Below, piece after piece: positions 10,132 to 19,182 of a stretch of DNA of 64,000 bases. The stretch spans positions 28,953 through 92,952 of the forward strand of contig JBDIWC010000011.1 of the NCBI GenBank assembly GCA_039794085.1. The letters run 5' to 3'. The stretch is from Gemmatimonadales bacterium (GTDB taxonomy: Bacteria; Gemmatimonadota; Gemmatimonadetes; Gemmatimonadales; GWC2-71-9). The translations under genes and the position numbers were made by a program. The number at the start of each line of letters is the position of its first letter. The first letter of the stretch is position 1. Below the pieces are notes generated by a model that was given only the letters and a program-made list of their open reading frames with translations, searched no databases and had not been told where the DNA came from.

Positions 10132-10743
10132 GAGTACCATTTGCAGACACCTCTCAGTGATGAGTGTAGAGTCCCACCTCGGATCAATCAGGCGACCGAG
10201 GCGACTGGTGTTGTCAGGGGGCGAGCGATGGAGCCCCAAGGTGTTGCTCGACAGCGACCTCCCTACTTAAGTCACGAGCGTTATTCCGCCGTTATTGCGG
10301 GCACTGAGAGCTCTCGGGCACCCAGACCCTCACCAACAGGTTGACGGCTCGTACATGCAAGCCGAACTGCGCCCTGAACCCCCGGAAGCATAGGCGGGAA
10401 AGTGGTCCTTGCCTCAGGGAATCGTCACGCTCAACCCGAGCTGCCCAACATCCATCAGACCACCCTCTCGAACCGCCAGATACCCCGCGGAAACAGGCTG
10501 GAAATCGATGTACTGAGCGAGCCGGATGCTGCAGCGCCGAGCGAGTCCGGATCAGCGTTCGGGTCTGGCAACATGCGGAGGAAGCGGGTAGCGCTCTCGT
10601 CCCAACCCAGGGACCATGACTGAATCGAGGCCAACTCAATCGAGTCCGCATGGAGGTCCTCCTGCACCTCCGCGAGCAGGTCCATCGCAGACGACGCATC
10701 GCCTCGCGTTTGCCACCATCCTTCGGTGAGGAGTCCGAGTGTG

Positions 10744-10900
10744 CGAGATGCATCAGACCAAGAAGGGAAACCAGTGGCACTTTGGGATGAAGGCGCACGT
10801 GGGGTGGACAGCCGGACGAAATTGATCCATTCCGTGGTGGCCACGTCGGCGAATGTGCATGACAGCCAAGTGCTGGACCAGCTGCTCCACGGCCAGGAAG
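10744..10900 (+). pseudogene. IS5-family transposase fragment
   Basis: [18 protein letters not shown](frameshift)[33 protein letters not shown]. Confidence 0.85.
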
Positions 10901-11356
10901 CCACCGCATGAGGGTACTTCCGCCCCAGGGCGCCGGCAGCTCCACTCGGGCCGCCCCCTGGGCTAGGTCCCGCTGGTGCTGCACTCGCACCCGCTCCAGA
11001 TGGCGAACCAGCGCCGGACGCACGACCTCCGGAAGCGACGTGACCCGATCCTTCGCTCCCTTGGCGCGCCACAGCCGCAACTCCCCCCGCTCCAGGTCCA
11101 CATCCTTCACACGGAGCGTCAAGGCCTCCAGCAACCGCAGCCCTCCTCCGTACAGCAGCAACGCCACCAGCTTCGACACCCCCTCCATCCGCGCCAGAAC
11201 CCCCGCCACCTCCACGCGGGACAACACCACGGGGAGTCGAGTGGGTCGCCGCCCCGTGGGAATCGCCTCCAGCCCCTCCAGCGGCAGCTTCAGCACTGCT
11301 CGCCATCCGCCCTTCCGCCGCCAGATGGGTCAGGAACGCCCGGATCTCGGCGGCGC
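10887..11356 (-). pseudogene. intI: Integron integrase, N-terminal/central fragment
   Basis: EIRAFLTHLA..(deletion)..RLPVVLSRVEV, LLYGGGLRLLEALTLRVKDVD, KGAKDRVT, (frameshift) ALGRKYPHAVASWPW. Confidence 0.88.
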
Positions 11357-11357
11357 T

Positions 11358-11423
11358 GTGCCTGGCGCGGGCCGGAGGGTGAAGTTGCGATCACTGCAGA
11401 ACACCATCAGGGCGAGCCGCTTG
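11358..11423 (+). repeat. 66-bp diverged copy of pepX 3' sequence (matches 12873-12938)
   Basis: 9 mismatches in 66 nt by manual alignment. Confidence 0.85.
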
Positions 11424-11459
11424 TAGGTCGGCCGGAGGGGAAAGATCGCCCCATGCCGG

Positions 11460-11800
11460 TTGTCGGCGCGGGCGGGGGGCGTTTCGATCCGCCTCGGGTT
11501 CGGCATGTTCAGCTTTGGGGCGGGTGTGATCTTCTCCGGGATCCTCGGGGTGATGGAGCGTCGCCGACGGTTGGATCAGATGTCCGTTCGGCGCTTTGCG
11601 AGGTGGGGACCGGTCGGGGGCCTTCTGCTGTCCGGACCTTTCGGTCTAGTGGCCCACCCTGGTGGGGGAGACTGGTGTGGAGATAGTGGTATTGGCTCCG
11701 GTGTTCGCGCTGTCGGGTTCCGCATCCGCAACGGGGTCGCTGGCGCTGACCCGCATGGTGGGGCGGCGGGAACGACTCGAGGCTGGTGCGAACGCTTCAG
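11460..11800 (+). pseudogene. Frameshifted membrane-protein fragment
   Basis: FGAGVIFSGILGVMERRRRLDQMSVRRFARWG continues in another frame as LAPVFALSGSASATGSLAL. Confidence 0.5.
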
Positions 11801-12049
11801 CTATGCCGCGCCCCAGATGGACGGGCTGGGACGAACGGCGAGAAGATCATCGTCGCGAACGGGACGGACTTCGTCGTTTCCGAGTGTCACCAATGCCTGT
11901 GTTCGACCGGAAGCAGTGACAAATTCCACCTCCAGTGATTCAGGGGCATGGAAGTGCACCACCGCCCCGAGATCGCCGACCCGCAGGCCCGACTCCGGGA
12001 GGTCGTGCCGCAGGACGACCGTATCGAGTTCGCGAAGGGCTGTATTCAT
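11801..12049 (-). CDS. DUF4926-like small protein (putative antitoxin/immunity)
   Basis: ELDTVVL..DLPESGL..GDLGAVV..LEVEFV..GRT. Confidence 0.8.
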   Translation of the reverse strand: MNTALRELDTVVLRHDLPESGLRVGDLGAVVHFHAPESLEVEFVTASGRTQALVTLGNDEVRPVRDDDLLAVRPSPSIWGAA

Positions 12050-12312
12050 CTGCCCATCTCCGGGTATGCCGTGACGAACCGCGGAAATCCTTCATCCAGC
12101 CGGACGATCCACACCGTCATGATGGCCCCGGCTCCATCGAGTCCCTCAAGCATACCACGGACCAGATATAGCTGTCCAAACGGGGTCGTCTTGCTCGGGG
12201 ATGCATCACCGGCCCGGGCGATAGTGCGAAACGCGGCCTGAAGGTCCTCCCAGTTTTCAGTCGTGAAACCCAGCGCACGAAACACCCGCGCCTTCGCACG
12301 CCCGACCGGGCG
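12046..12312 (-). pseudogene. DUF6883-like protein, N-terminally truncated
   Basis: PVGRAKARVFRALGF, TPFGQLY, TVWI, PRFVTAYP; usual N-terminal segment absent. Confidence 0.7.
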
Positions 12313-12787
12313 CCTCGCGGTCCCACGACATCAGCGGGCAGTCGCTTCAGGGGTCTCGCGGCCCGACCGTTGGATCCAGGCCAAAGATCATGATTGCGAT
12401 GCCTAGGATCCAATAGAGCGCCAAGGTGAGCCGGTCGCCGAGAAGGATCCTGAGCTCCTCGATCGCTCCAAGTTCCCACACCCACCACACCCGTGGGTTG
12501 ACGAGAAAGCAACTGAATCCAAGAAGCAGTGCAACGCCTCGATCGGCATGCTCGGGTGCCCATTCCGTGATAGCGACGGCGCCAGCGCCCAGGGCCAACA
12601 GGGTAAGGAGGTAGCCGAGGAAGGTTTGCCACAGAGGGTGGGTGGCCTCCGGAACCTCGAGGTCACCGCGGAAAAGTGGTACAGGCGCATCATGACGGTT
12701 GCGCCGACAAGTCCGAGAAGGCCGTAGAGTGCGAGTCGGCCGGGTGTCATCGCCCTGGACGGGTTCTGGAGGTGCGGGACCGTGCCC

Positions 12788-14219
12788 TCACGGCATCGCC
12801 TTCGCCAGCGACTCGGTCCCTCCGACGACCGGGAGCACCAGACGGGTGGCGTCGAGATCCAGGGTGAGTTCCGTGCCGGGCGCGGGCCAGAGGGTGAAGT
12901 CGCGATCGATGGAGAACACCATCAGTGCGATGCGCTTGCCGGCCGGAATGACCTGGTCGTCGGGCTGCAGGGTGAAGGTCATGCTCACGAACTTGCCCGG
13001 CACCAGCGGTGTCCCCTGCGAGAGGGACTCCCGGTTCTGCAGGGCGGCCCAGCCCCGGGTGATGACGCTGAAGTTGGGCTGGCGGGGAGCGGCATCGGCC
13101 CACGGAAGCGCCACGAGCCAGACACTGAGGTTGGCCGCCGGCTTGCTCGAGGCCATGGACACCGTGACCCGCGCCGTCCCCGAGAGGTGGACCGCCTCGG
13201 TGAGCTCAGGTGTCGCGTAGAGGAGCCGGTGCTCCGACCGGGCGGAGCGCGCGAGTGCCGCCCCGCTGCTGTCGACGTTGTCCACCAGACGCTCATTCCC
13301 CTGACCGGTGCGCCGAGCGAGCGAGAGCCCACCCACCGTGCGGCCACCCCGTTCAGGGTGCAGGGTTACATCACGTGCGGCTGGGTGCGGATAGGCCGGG
13401 TACGGTGTGGGAGCATTGCGCGCATCGCCCTCGCGGACGATCCAGCTCTTCGGGTCATTCTCCACCCCATTCTCGATGCCGTAGAGATAATGCGAAAACC
13501 ACCGGCCCCTCGACGCCGGTGACCGCCGCGGCCAGGGGGAGGGTACCGTTGTAGGAGGTGCCGGTCATCCCCACCTTGCCGGTGGACCAGTCGGCACGCA
13601 CTTCCTCTGTGCCGTCGCGGGTGGTGAAGCCCCGGGCCCGACCGTTCAACCAGTCGATCACCGCCCGGGGAGCGAGCGACTCGTTGCGTCCGCCCACGGT
13701 GGGACACCCCTGCGAGAGACCGGTGCCGGGCGACTCGGAGTGGACCACGGCAAAGCCCCGGGGCACCCAGTCCCGCACGTGAGAGTTGCTGATCCGCTCC
13801 CGGCCAGGCTCGAACGGAATCGCGGGCTGCGACTGCCTCGGGGAAGGGGGAGCACCCAGCTCCTGGCGCACGTCCCAGAGGTGGGAGCGGGGACCGGAGG
13901 TGCCCGCGAAGTAGGGGCTCGATTCGAATATCACCGGAACCCGGTTGCCGGGGCCCGTCTGCGCCGGACGAGTGACATCCACGTGCATCCGGTCGGGGCG
14001 GCCGTCGCCGTCGGAGTCGAAGTTGGTCTCCACCCAGAGGCGTTCCCGGATCCACCGGGTGGAGTCGGCAAAGGCGGGGACCACCTGGGCCATTCCGTTC
14101 TCGAACACGGCGCGGATCGGCGTGGGAGGAAGGTCCTGTGCGCCTAGGACGGGGGCGGGGGCCAGCGCGAGGGACAGTACCAGGGCTGTGGTGACCTGTG
14201 GACGGACGATCCGGAACAT
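12788..14219 (-). pseudogene. pepX: Xaa-Pro dipeptidyl-peptidase (S15) with large internal deletion and frameshift
   Basis: N-part 13455-14219 has DSDGDGRPD, SPGTGLSQGCP and GTSYNG; C-part 12788-13465 has LHPERG, ITRGW and LQPDD; central region missing. Confidence 0.85.
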
Positions 14220-14315
14220 CGTGACTCCTGGGTGGCGCGGGAGAGCCAAAGAGGAAGATCGCAATCTACTCCCGCGCGGCTCGGGAGTCTCATGGGGACG
14301 ACCGACCGGGATCTC

Positions 14316-14846
14316 CTACAGGGCGGCCTTGCGCCGCCGCCGTGTCGGCGTTGGCTTCGCCTTCGGCGTTGGGGGTGATTTTGGTTTGATCGGCTGCACG
14401 ACGACATCCACCCTGCGACCGAGCAGGTGGAGAAGCGCCAGCAGTTGCCCCGCGGACTTGTGGGGATTGGCGGGATCCAGCAGCCGGTAGAGTTGGCTTG
14501 CCGATGTTGCCAGACGCCGAGTCAGCTCTCGTTTGGCCAGATCACTCTCCTCCACGGCCTTGCGTGCCTCGACGGTCAGCCGATGAAGAAGAACCTCGTT
14601 CAGGTAGGACGGATCCTGATGGTACTCCAGGACCGCATCGAGGTGGATGGTGTCCTCCGCACCGGACTCCAATTTGTAGGTAAATGCCTCCTGTCCAATC
14701 TCCTTGTCTGGATAGACCTCCACAACGGGATCCCCGCTGTCCGGTCGGATCTCAAGTTTGGCATAGGGATACGTGAAGACACCGCGGGCGGTTCGGACCT
14801 CGAATGCCTTCTTGCGGTTGTTCGCGTCCACATTCAGGATCTTCAC
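14316..14846 (-). CDS. Putative antitoxin with C-terminal HTH
   Basis: GTG overlaps the upstream TGA; AKRELTRRLATSASQLYRLLDP helix-turn-helix. Confidence 0.7.
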   Translation of the reverse strand: MKILNVDANNRKKAFEVRTARGVFTYPYAKLEIRPDSGDPVVEVYPDKEIGQEAFTYKLESGAEDTIHLDAVLEYHQDPSYLNEVLLHRLTVEARKAVEESDLAKRELTRRLATSASQLYRLLDPANPHKSAGQLLALLHLLGRRVDVVVQPIKPKSPPTPKAKPTPTRRRRKAAL

Positions 14847-15037
14847 AGCATTCCCTCTTCCTCGAGTTCGGTGATGGTTCGAAGAACCCGATCGGTGATC
14901 ATTCCCTTCATGGGCATCCGGTCTTCCAGATTCCACTTGACGATGAGCCGCCCGTCCCGGTAGACGTGGACATGCCGTGGGGGGTGGTCGCCCTTCCAGG
15001 TGACGAAGATGAAACCGCCCCGGCGGATCTTGCCCAT
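14843..15037 (-). CDS. DUF4160-like small toxin
   Basis: DHPPRHVHV motif, 64 aa. Confidence 0.75.
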   Translation of the reverse strand: MGKIRRGGFIFVTWKGDHPPRHVHVYRDGRLIVKWNLEDRMPMKGMITDRVLRTITELEEEGML

Positions 15038-15043
15038 GGGATA

Positions 15044-15072
15044 ACGTTACCGCCCACGGTAACACTTGTCAA
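15044..15072 (-). promoter_or_regulatory. Sigma70 promoter with internal palindromic operator; leaderless mRNA
   Basis: TTGACA-17 nt-TAACGT on the minus strand, 6 nt before the ATG; GTTACCG-N4-CGGTAAC at 15046-15063. Confidence 0.8.
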
Positions 15073-15175
15073 GATCGGGGAGGAGTCAACCCGGAGGAGA
15101 AGCCGGATGAAGATGCCTGGGACAACCATTCTGGCTGATGGCGAGTGGTCCGAGGGTCGGTGGTGGAACCGGATC

Positions 15176-15580
15176 AACGCAAGGGCGCAAGGACGCGAAG
15201 ACGCACAGGACTCCCTCCTCTGGGCACCCCGGCGAGAGAACAGCTGCTCACGCGAAGCCGCGAAGCCGCGAAAAGGTTCGCATTGCCAGGTTCAGCGGGA
15301 ACCCACCACATGAGAAAGAGGTGACCCCGCCCACCACCACCACCCATCACCAGCGGTCCCGGTGCAGACAATGGATCCTCCATGGTATCACATCCTCCGC
15401 GCCGACCTGGATGCGGGACCGGGTCGATTGATCCTAGCGCCCTGGCGACTTGGCGCCTTTGCGTTGGGTTGTTCGTTGTGCAGGGCGGCCCGGCAACCCG
15501 GACGACGGGAAGTACACCGGGAACCTCGTCAGATCCCCTCGCAGGCTCGGGGCAGGCTCCTCGCTTTGCCCGGGATGACG
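15176..15580. repeat. Inverted 8-mer tandem arrays (15176-15207 / 15434-15465) and a CGTC-tagged palindrome (15531-15580)
   Basis: AACGCAAGGGCGCAAGGACGCGAAGACGC versus GCGCCCTGGCGACTTGGCGCCTTTGCGTT; also CACGCGAAGCCGCGAAGCCGCGAA. Confidence 0.7.
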
Positions 15581-15633
15581 GGTATAGGCTGTTCGGTCAA
15601 TCGATCAGAGTCCCCGCAACCCTTTGATTACGG

Positions 15634-16410
15634 CTACTCTCGCCCGGTGAGGTTCAGCGCGTTGCCGGACTCGATCCGCGCCCGGTCCTCCGCTGCCAGA
15701 TCCAGGAGATCAAGCTTCGCCATCGCATTCTCCGGGAGACGGAGCGGCTGTCCCGTTCCGAACACGAACCGCTCCGCGCCGAGGGTGGTGAGGAGCGTCT
15801 CCAGATGATCCTCCGGCGGCCCCCAGATCCAGCTGATGTCCCACAGCACCCGCGACGACTCGGCGCCAGTGGACCCGAAGTGCACCTGCTCGATGGTGTC
15901 GCGATCGGCATGGGTGACGATGAACTGCGTTCGGTCATCAGCCCGGAGGAGCTGGCGGATGGCGGACGCCGGGAGGTCGGTCGCGTGGTCCATCGGGTGA
16001 CGCTGGCGGCCATCCTCCAGGCGCACCGCGAGGAGCAGGGGGAGGTCCCGGGAGCCGCACCCATGCACCAGGGCACGCATCGCCTCCCCGTCGGGTGACA
16101 GACCCCAGAGCATCGGATCGGCGCGGACCGCCGGCACCCGGGAGGCCATAGCCCAGCCGAGGGTTTCCTCCCAGGCCGGGAGCCCGGGATGCACCGCCGG
16201 CACCGGCCGGAGCTCGCGCGCCGCTGACACAGTGTCCACCAGCCACCCATTGCCCGCCATCGGATCCTTCCAGAAGAGGGCAGGGAGGTGGCTCACCCAC
16301 GCCTCGTCGATCTGATGGACTCGGAGCGACTCCCGCAGGTCGGCCAGCGAGGTGCCGGTGACGTGGCGCCAGGGGTAGGCTCCGACAAAGGCGTTGATGT
16401 CAATGCGCAT
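15634..16410 (-). CDS. Amidohydrolase-2 family protein
   Basis: IDINAF, ERFVFGTGQP, IESGNA. Confidence 0.8.
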   Translation of the reverse strand: MRIDINAFVGAYPWRHVTGTSLADLRESLRVHQIDEAWVSHLPALFWKDPMAGNGWLVDTVSAARELRPVPAVHPGLPAWEETLGWAMASRVPAVRADPMLWGLSPDGEAMRALVHGCGSRDLPLLLAVRLEDGRQRHPMDHATDLPASAIRQLLRADDRTQFIVTHADRDTIEQVHFGSTGAESSRVLWDISWIWGPPEDHLETLLTTLGAERFVFGTGQPLRLPENAMAKLDLLDLAAEDRARIESGNALNLTGRE

Positions 16411-16437
16411 GGAAACCCATGTACGAGAATGTCTGGC

Positions 16438-16755
16438 TCATTTCTTCCGTGTGGCCCTCCGGCGTGCCTTACGCTTCCGGGGACGCGCTCCGGTGTCGGC
16501 CGTGACCTTCTCCGGGAAGGGCCATTCGTCTCCCGGAAAAGGCTCCCGGTCAGGAACCGTGCGCAAGACCCGTTCGAACACGGCACGATCTCCGCGCGTG
16601 GCGCGTTCCTTCAGGTAGTCCACGGTGAGCAACGCCGACATCTTCTCCGCCACCGCCGTGGCAATGAACTGATTGAACGAGATGTCATCCTGCGCGGCCA
16701 GCTCCCGGACCTTGGCAGGCAGGGAATCGGGAAGTCTCAGGCGGAGTGTGCTCAT
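16438..16755 (-). CDS. Ribbon-helix-helix antitoxin (HicB/YlcI-like), orphan
   Basis: LRLRLPDSL..ELAAQDDISFNQFIATAVAEK. Confidence 0.75.
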   Translation of the reverse strand: MSTLRLRLPDSLPAKVRELAAQDDISFNQFIATAVAEKMSALLTVDYLKERATRGDRAVFERVLRTVPDREPFPGDEWPFPEKVTADTGARPRKRKARRRATRKK

Positions 16756-16777
16756 GGTTGATCTCTACCACTCGCTC

Positions 16778-16957
16778 TCACGCCGCCGCGAAGGGGTCAA
16801 TTCGCGGATCTCGCGGTCGGCGCCGGTCCGGCGCCGATGGTCGGAAAAAACGCTCACCATCGACCCGGTTCCGTGCGTAGCCGTTCATCTTCCACGGCTT
16901 GCACAGAAGGCACCCGGCTCGGCGATTCTTCGGACGATACCGCTTGTGGTTTGGCAT
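16778..16957 (-). CDS. 59-aa basic CxxC microprotein (below the ORF-track cutoff)
   Basis: AGGAGGT RBS; MPNHKRYRPKNRRAGCLLCKPWKMNG... Confidence 0.65.
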   Translation of the reverse strand: MPNHKRYRPKNRRAGCLLCKPWKMNGYARNRVDGERFFRPSAPDRRRPRDPRIDPFAAA

Positions 16958-16970
16958 GACACCTCCTGAC

Positions 16971-17055
16971 GGCTGCCCTACTACGAGCGAGCCTCCGCAC
17001 GCCCTTCAAGAGAGCGTGTGGAGCAAAGGTACCATGCAAGCGGCGGCGTCGACAA
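16971..17055 (-). promoter_or_regulatory. Putative promoter and two-hairpin 5' leader
   Basis: TTGTCG-18 nt-TACCTT with an extended -10 TG; hairpins at 16998-17018 and 16971-16993. Confidence 0.5.
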
Positions 17056-17188
17056 TGCGATGTTGAAGCGACCCCATGGGACAGGAACCTCTCTCGGACT
17101 CCTTGCGCCCCTGCGCCGTTGCGCCTTCGCGTTAACGCTCTTCCCGGCGGTGCGTATCCAGGCGGTCCGGACGAGACGCTGTCCTCCT

Positions 17189-17992
17189 TCAAACTTCGAA
17201 CTTCAAACTTCCTCGGGGGAAGATCCGCTCGGCGTTCCCGCTCCGCACCAGCTCCAGGTCCCCGGCGGTAAGTAGCCGCTCCAGCCGCCGCAGCTTGGCC
17301 CACCCCGTCTCCATCGTCAGATCACACCCCCAGAGCAACCGCTCCACGCCCACCGCCTCGAGACACGCTTCCAGCATCCCGGAATCGACGCCACTTCCCG
17401 ACAGATCGACCAGAATATTCCCGTCGCGCCGAATGGCCCGGAGGGTGTGAGTCCAGTCGCCGCCCCCGCCGATGTGCGCCAGGATGAAGTGAACCCCCGG
17501 ATGCCGCCGGGCCAGCACCGCCAACTCGTCTCCATCACTTGCCTCCTGGCCCGGCCAGTCCCGCCGGCGATGCTGCCAGATGTGCTGCAGAATCGGCACT
17601 CGGTGCCGCGCAGCCGACTCGGCGATCGGATCGATCAGCGGGTCGGTGGTGCGGCGGCTCGCGGCCAGCTTGATCCCGATCATCCCCGCCGCAAGGCCCC
17701 GGTCGATCTCCTCCAGGGCGTGTCCGGTGAAGTTCGGGTTGACGCAAACGTATCCCCGGATCCGGTCCGGGTGTTCCCGCTCCCACGCCCGCAGCCAGGC
17801 ATTCCCATGAGAACAGTCGGTGGGAGAGGGGAAATAGGTGGGGGAGGTGCGTCCCCAGCTTCCCAGCACCGACGCGACGTGGGTCGTGATCCCGATCCGC
17901 GATCCGGCTCGGAGCCGGCTGGCGTTGCGCTCCCGCCAGTCGGCCCGGGGAGAGGCGTCGTGATAGAAGTGGGCATGAACGTCGATCAGCAT
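17189..17992 (-). CDS. Amidohydrolase-2 family metallohydrolase
   Basis: IDVHAH, ILQH, AHIGGG, LLWGCD. Confidence 0.85.
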   Translation of the reverse strand: MLIDVHAHFYHDASPRADWRERNASRLRAGSRIGITTHVASVLGSWGRTSPTYFPSPTDCSHGNAWLRAWEREHPDRIRGYVCVNPNFTGHALEEIDRGLAAGMIGIKLAASRRTTDPLIDPIAESAARHRVPILQHIWQHRRRDWPGQEASDGDELAVLARRHPGVHFILAHIGGGGDWTHTLRAIRRDGNILVDLSGSGVDSGMLEACLEAVGVERLLWGCDLTMETGWAKLRRLERLLTAGDLELVRSGNAERIFPRGSLKFEV

Positions 17993-19182
17993 CAGTGCGC
18001 TCTCCCGGTGATCTCGGCCAGGACGTCATCCAACCCCGACAGCGTTCGCTCCACTTCTGTGGTTCCGTGGGCCAGTGACGCGAAGTTGTACGCCGACCGC
18101 TTGAGCAGGATTCCCCGCCGGACCATGCCGAGCGTCACCCTCCGGGTCACGTCCTCGCTCCTCCATTGGAGATGACACATCTCGGCAATACCCCGGGCGC
18201 CCAGGATGAGGTCGGGATGCCGGCCGGCGAGACCGAGGAACCCCGAGTACAGCAGCCCCCCGATGCGGCCGAGATGCGCGGGCACCTCTTCCGTCTCCAT
18301 CACCTCCAGTGTGGCGAGCGCCGCCGCCAGGGACACGCTCTCGGTGGCGAGAGTGGACGAGATCCAGGTGCGGTGTACCGTCTCCATCACGTCCCGGCGG
18401 CCACCGACCACGGCGAGGGGGAACCCGTTGGCCAGCGCCTTGCCGATGACCACGAGGTCGGGGATCATGCCGCCACCCCAACGCTCCACTGCACCACGCG
18501 GAGCCACCCGCCCGAAGGTCTTGATCTCGTCGAGGATCAGCAGTGCCCCCACCGCGTCGGTCTCCTGCCTCAGGACCTGGAACCACTCGGGCGACGGCGG
18601 GGCGTCCACCGCCGGCTCCACCACCACGGCCGCAAGGTCGCCACCGAGTCGCCGGATCGTTTCCCGCGCCACCTCGGGATCGTTGAAGGGAATGGTTCCA
18701 TACAGGGCGCGGACCGCGTCGGGTACTCCCTCTCCCTCCTGGGTGCACCAGTCGAGCCAGCCGTGATATCCGCACCCCAGTATGCGGTCGCGACCGGTGA
18801 ACACGCGGGCCAGCCGAACTCCGGCGGCCACCGCCTCGGCGCCGGTCTTGAGAAACCGGACCTGTTCCATCCAGGGGAGCAGGGTCACCAGCCGGTCGGC
18901 GAGTTCCTCCTCCTCCACCGGGGGGAGCGGCCCGGTCACCCCCCGTGCCGCCGCGGCCTGGACCGCCGTCGTCACCGCGGGGTGAGCGTAGCCCAGCGCC
19001 ACGGCGCCGAGTCCCATGTGCCAGTCAAGGTATTCGCGCTCCTCGGCGTCGAACACCCGGCACCCTTCGCTCCGGAGCATCCGTTCGGGCGCGCCGTCGG
19101 CGGAGCCGCCGTAGATCACGCCGGGCCGCTTGCTCCCCGTGGAGGTGACACCCGCCACGTGGTTCAAGTCAGGTCGAGCCAT
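17992..19182 (-). CDS. Class III aminotransferase (GSA-aminomutase-like)
   Basis: FLKTGAEA, GYHGW, DEIKT, GKALANGFP. Confidence 0.88.
   Translation of the reverse strand: MARPDLNHVAGVTSTGSKRPGVIYGGSADGAPERMLRSEGCRVFDAEEREYLDWHMGLGAVALGYAHPAVTTAVQAAAARGVTGPLPPVEEEELADRLVTLLPWMEQVRFLKTGAEAVAAGVRLARVFTGRDRILGCGYHGWLDWCTQEGEGVPDAVRALYGTIPFNDPEVARETIRRLGGDLAAVVVEPAVDAPPSPEWFQVLRQETDAVGALLILDEIKTFGRVAPRGAVERWGGGMIPDLVVIGKALANGFPLAVVGGRRDVMETVHRTWISSTLATESVSLAAALATLEVMETEEVPAHLGRIGGLLYSGFLGLAGRHPDLILGARGIAEMCHLQWRSEDVTRRVTLGMVRRGILLKRSAYNFASLAHGTTEVERTLSGLDDVLAEITGRAH

Noticed and set aside
6700..10460. attC/attI sites for an integron cassette array (a GTTAGGT occurs at the stop of 6929-7894)
   Set aside because: No matching RYYYAAC box or attC-like hairpin found by eye; the four genes overlap, leaving no room for attC sites
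10455..10700. Possible gene fragments here and at 12347-12750 and 48680-48900
   Set aside because: Look coding, but no family could be supported from sequence alone
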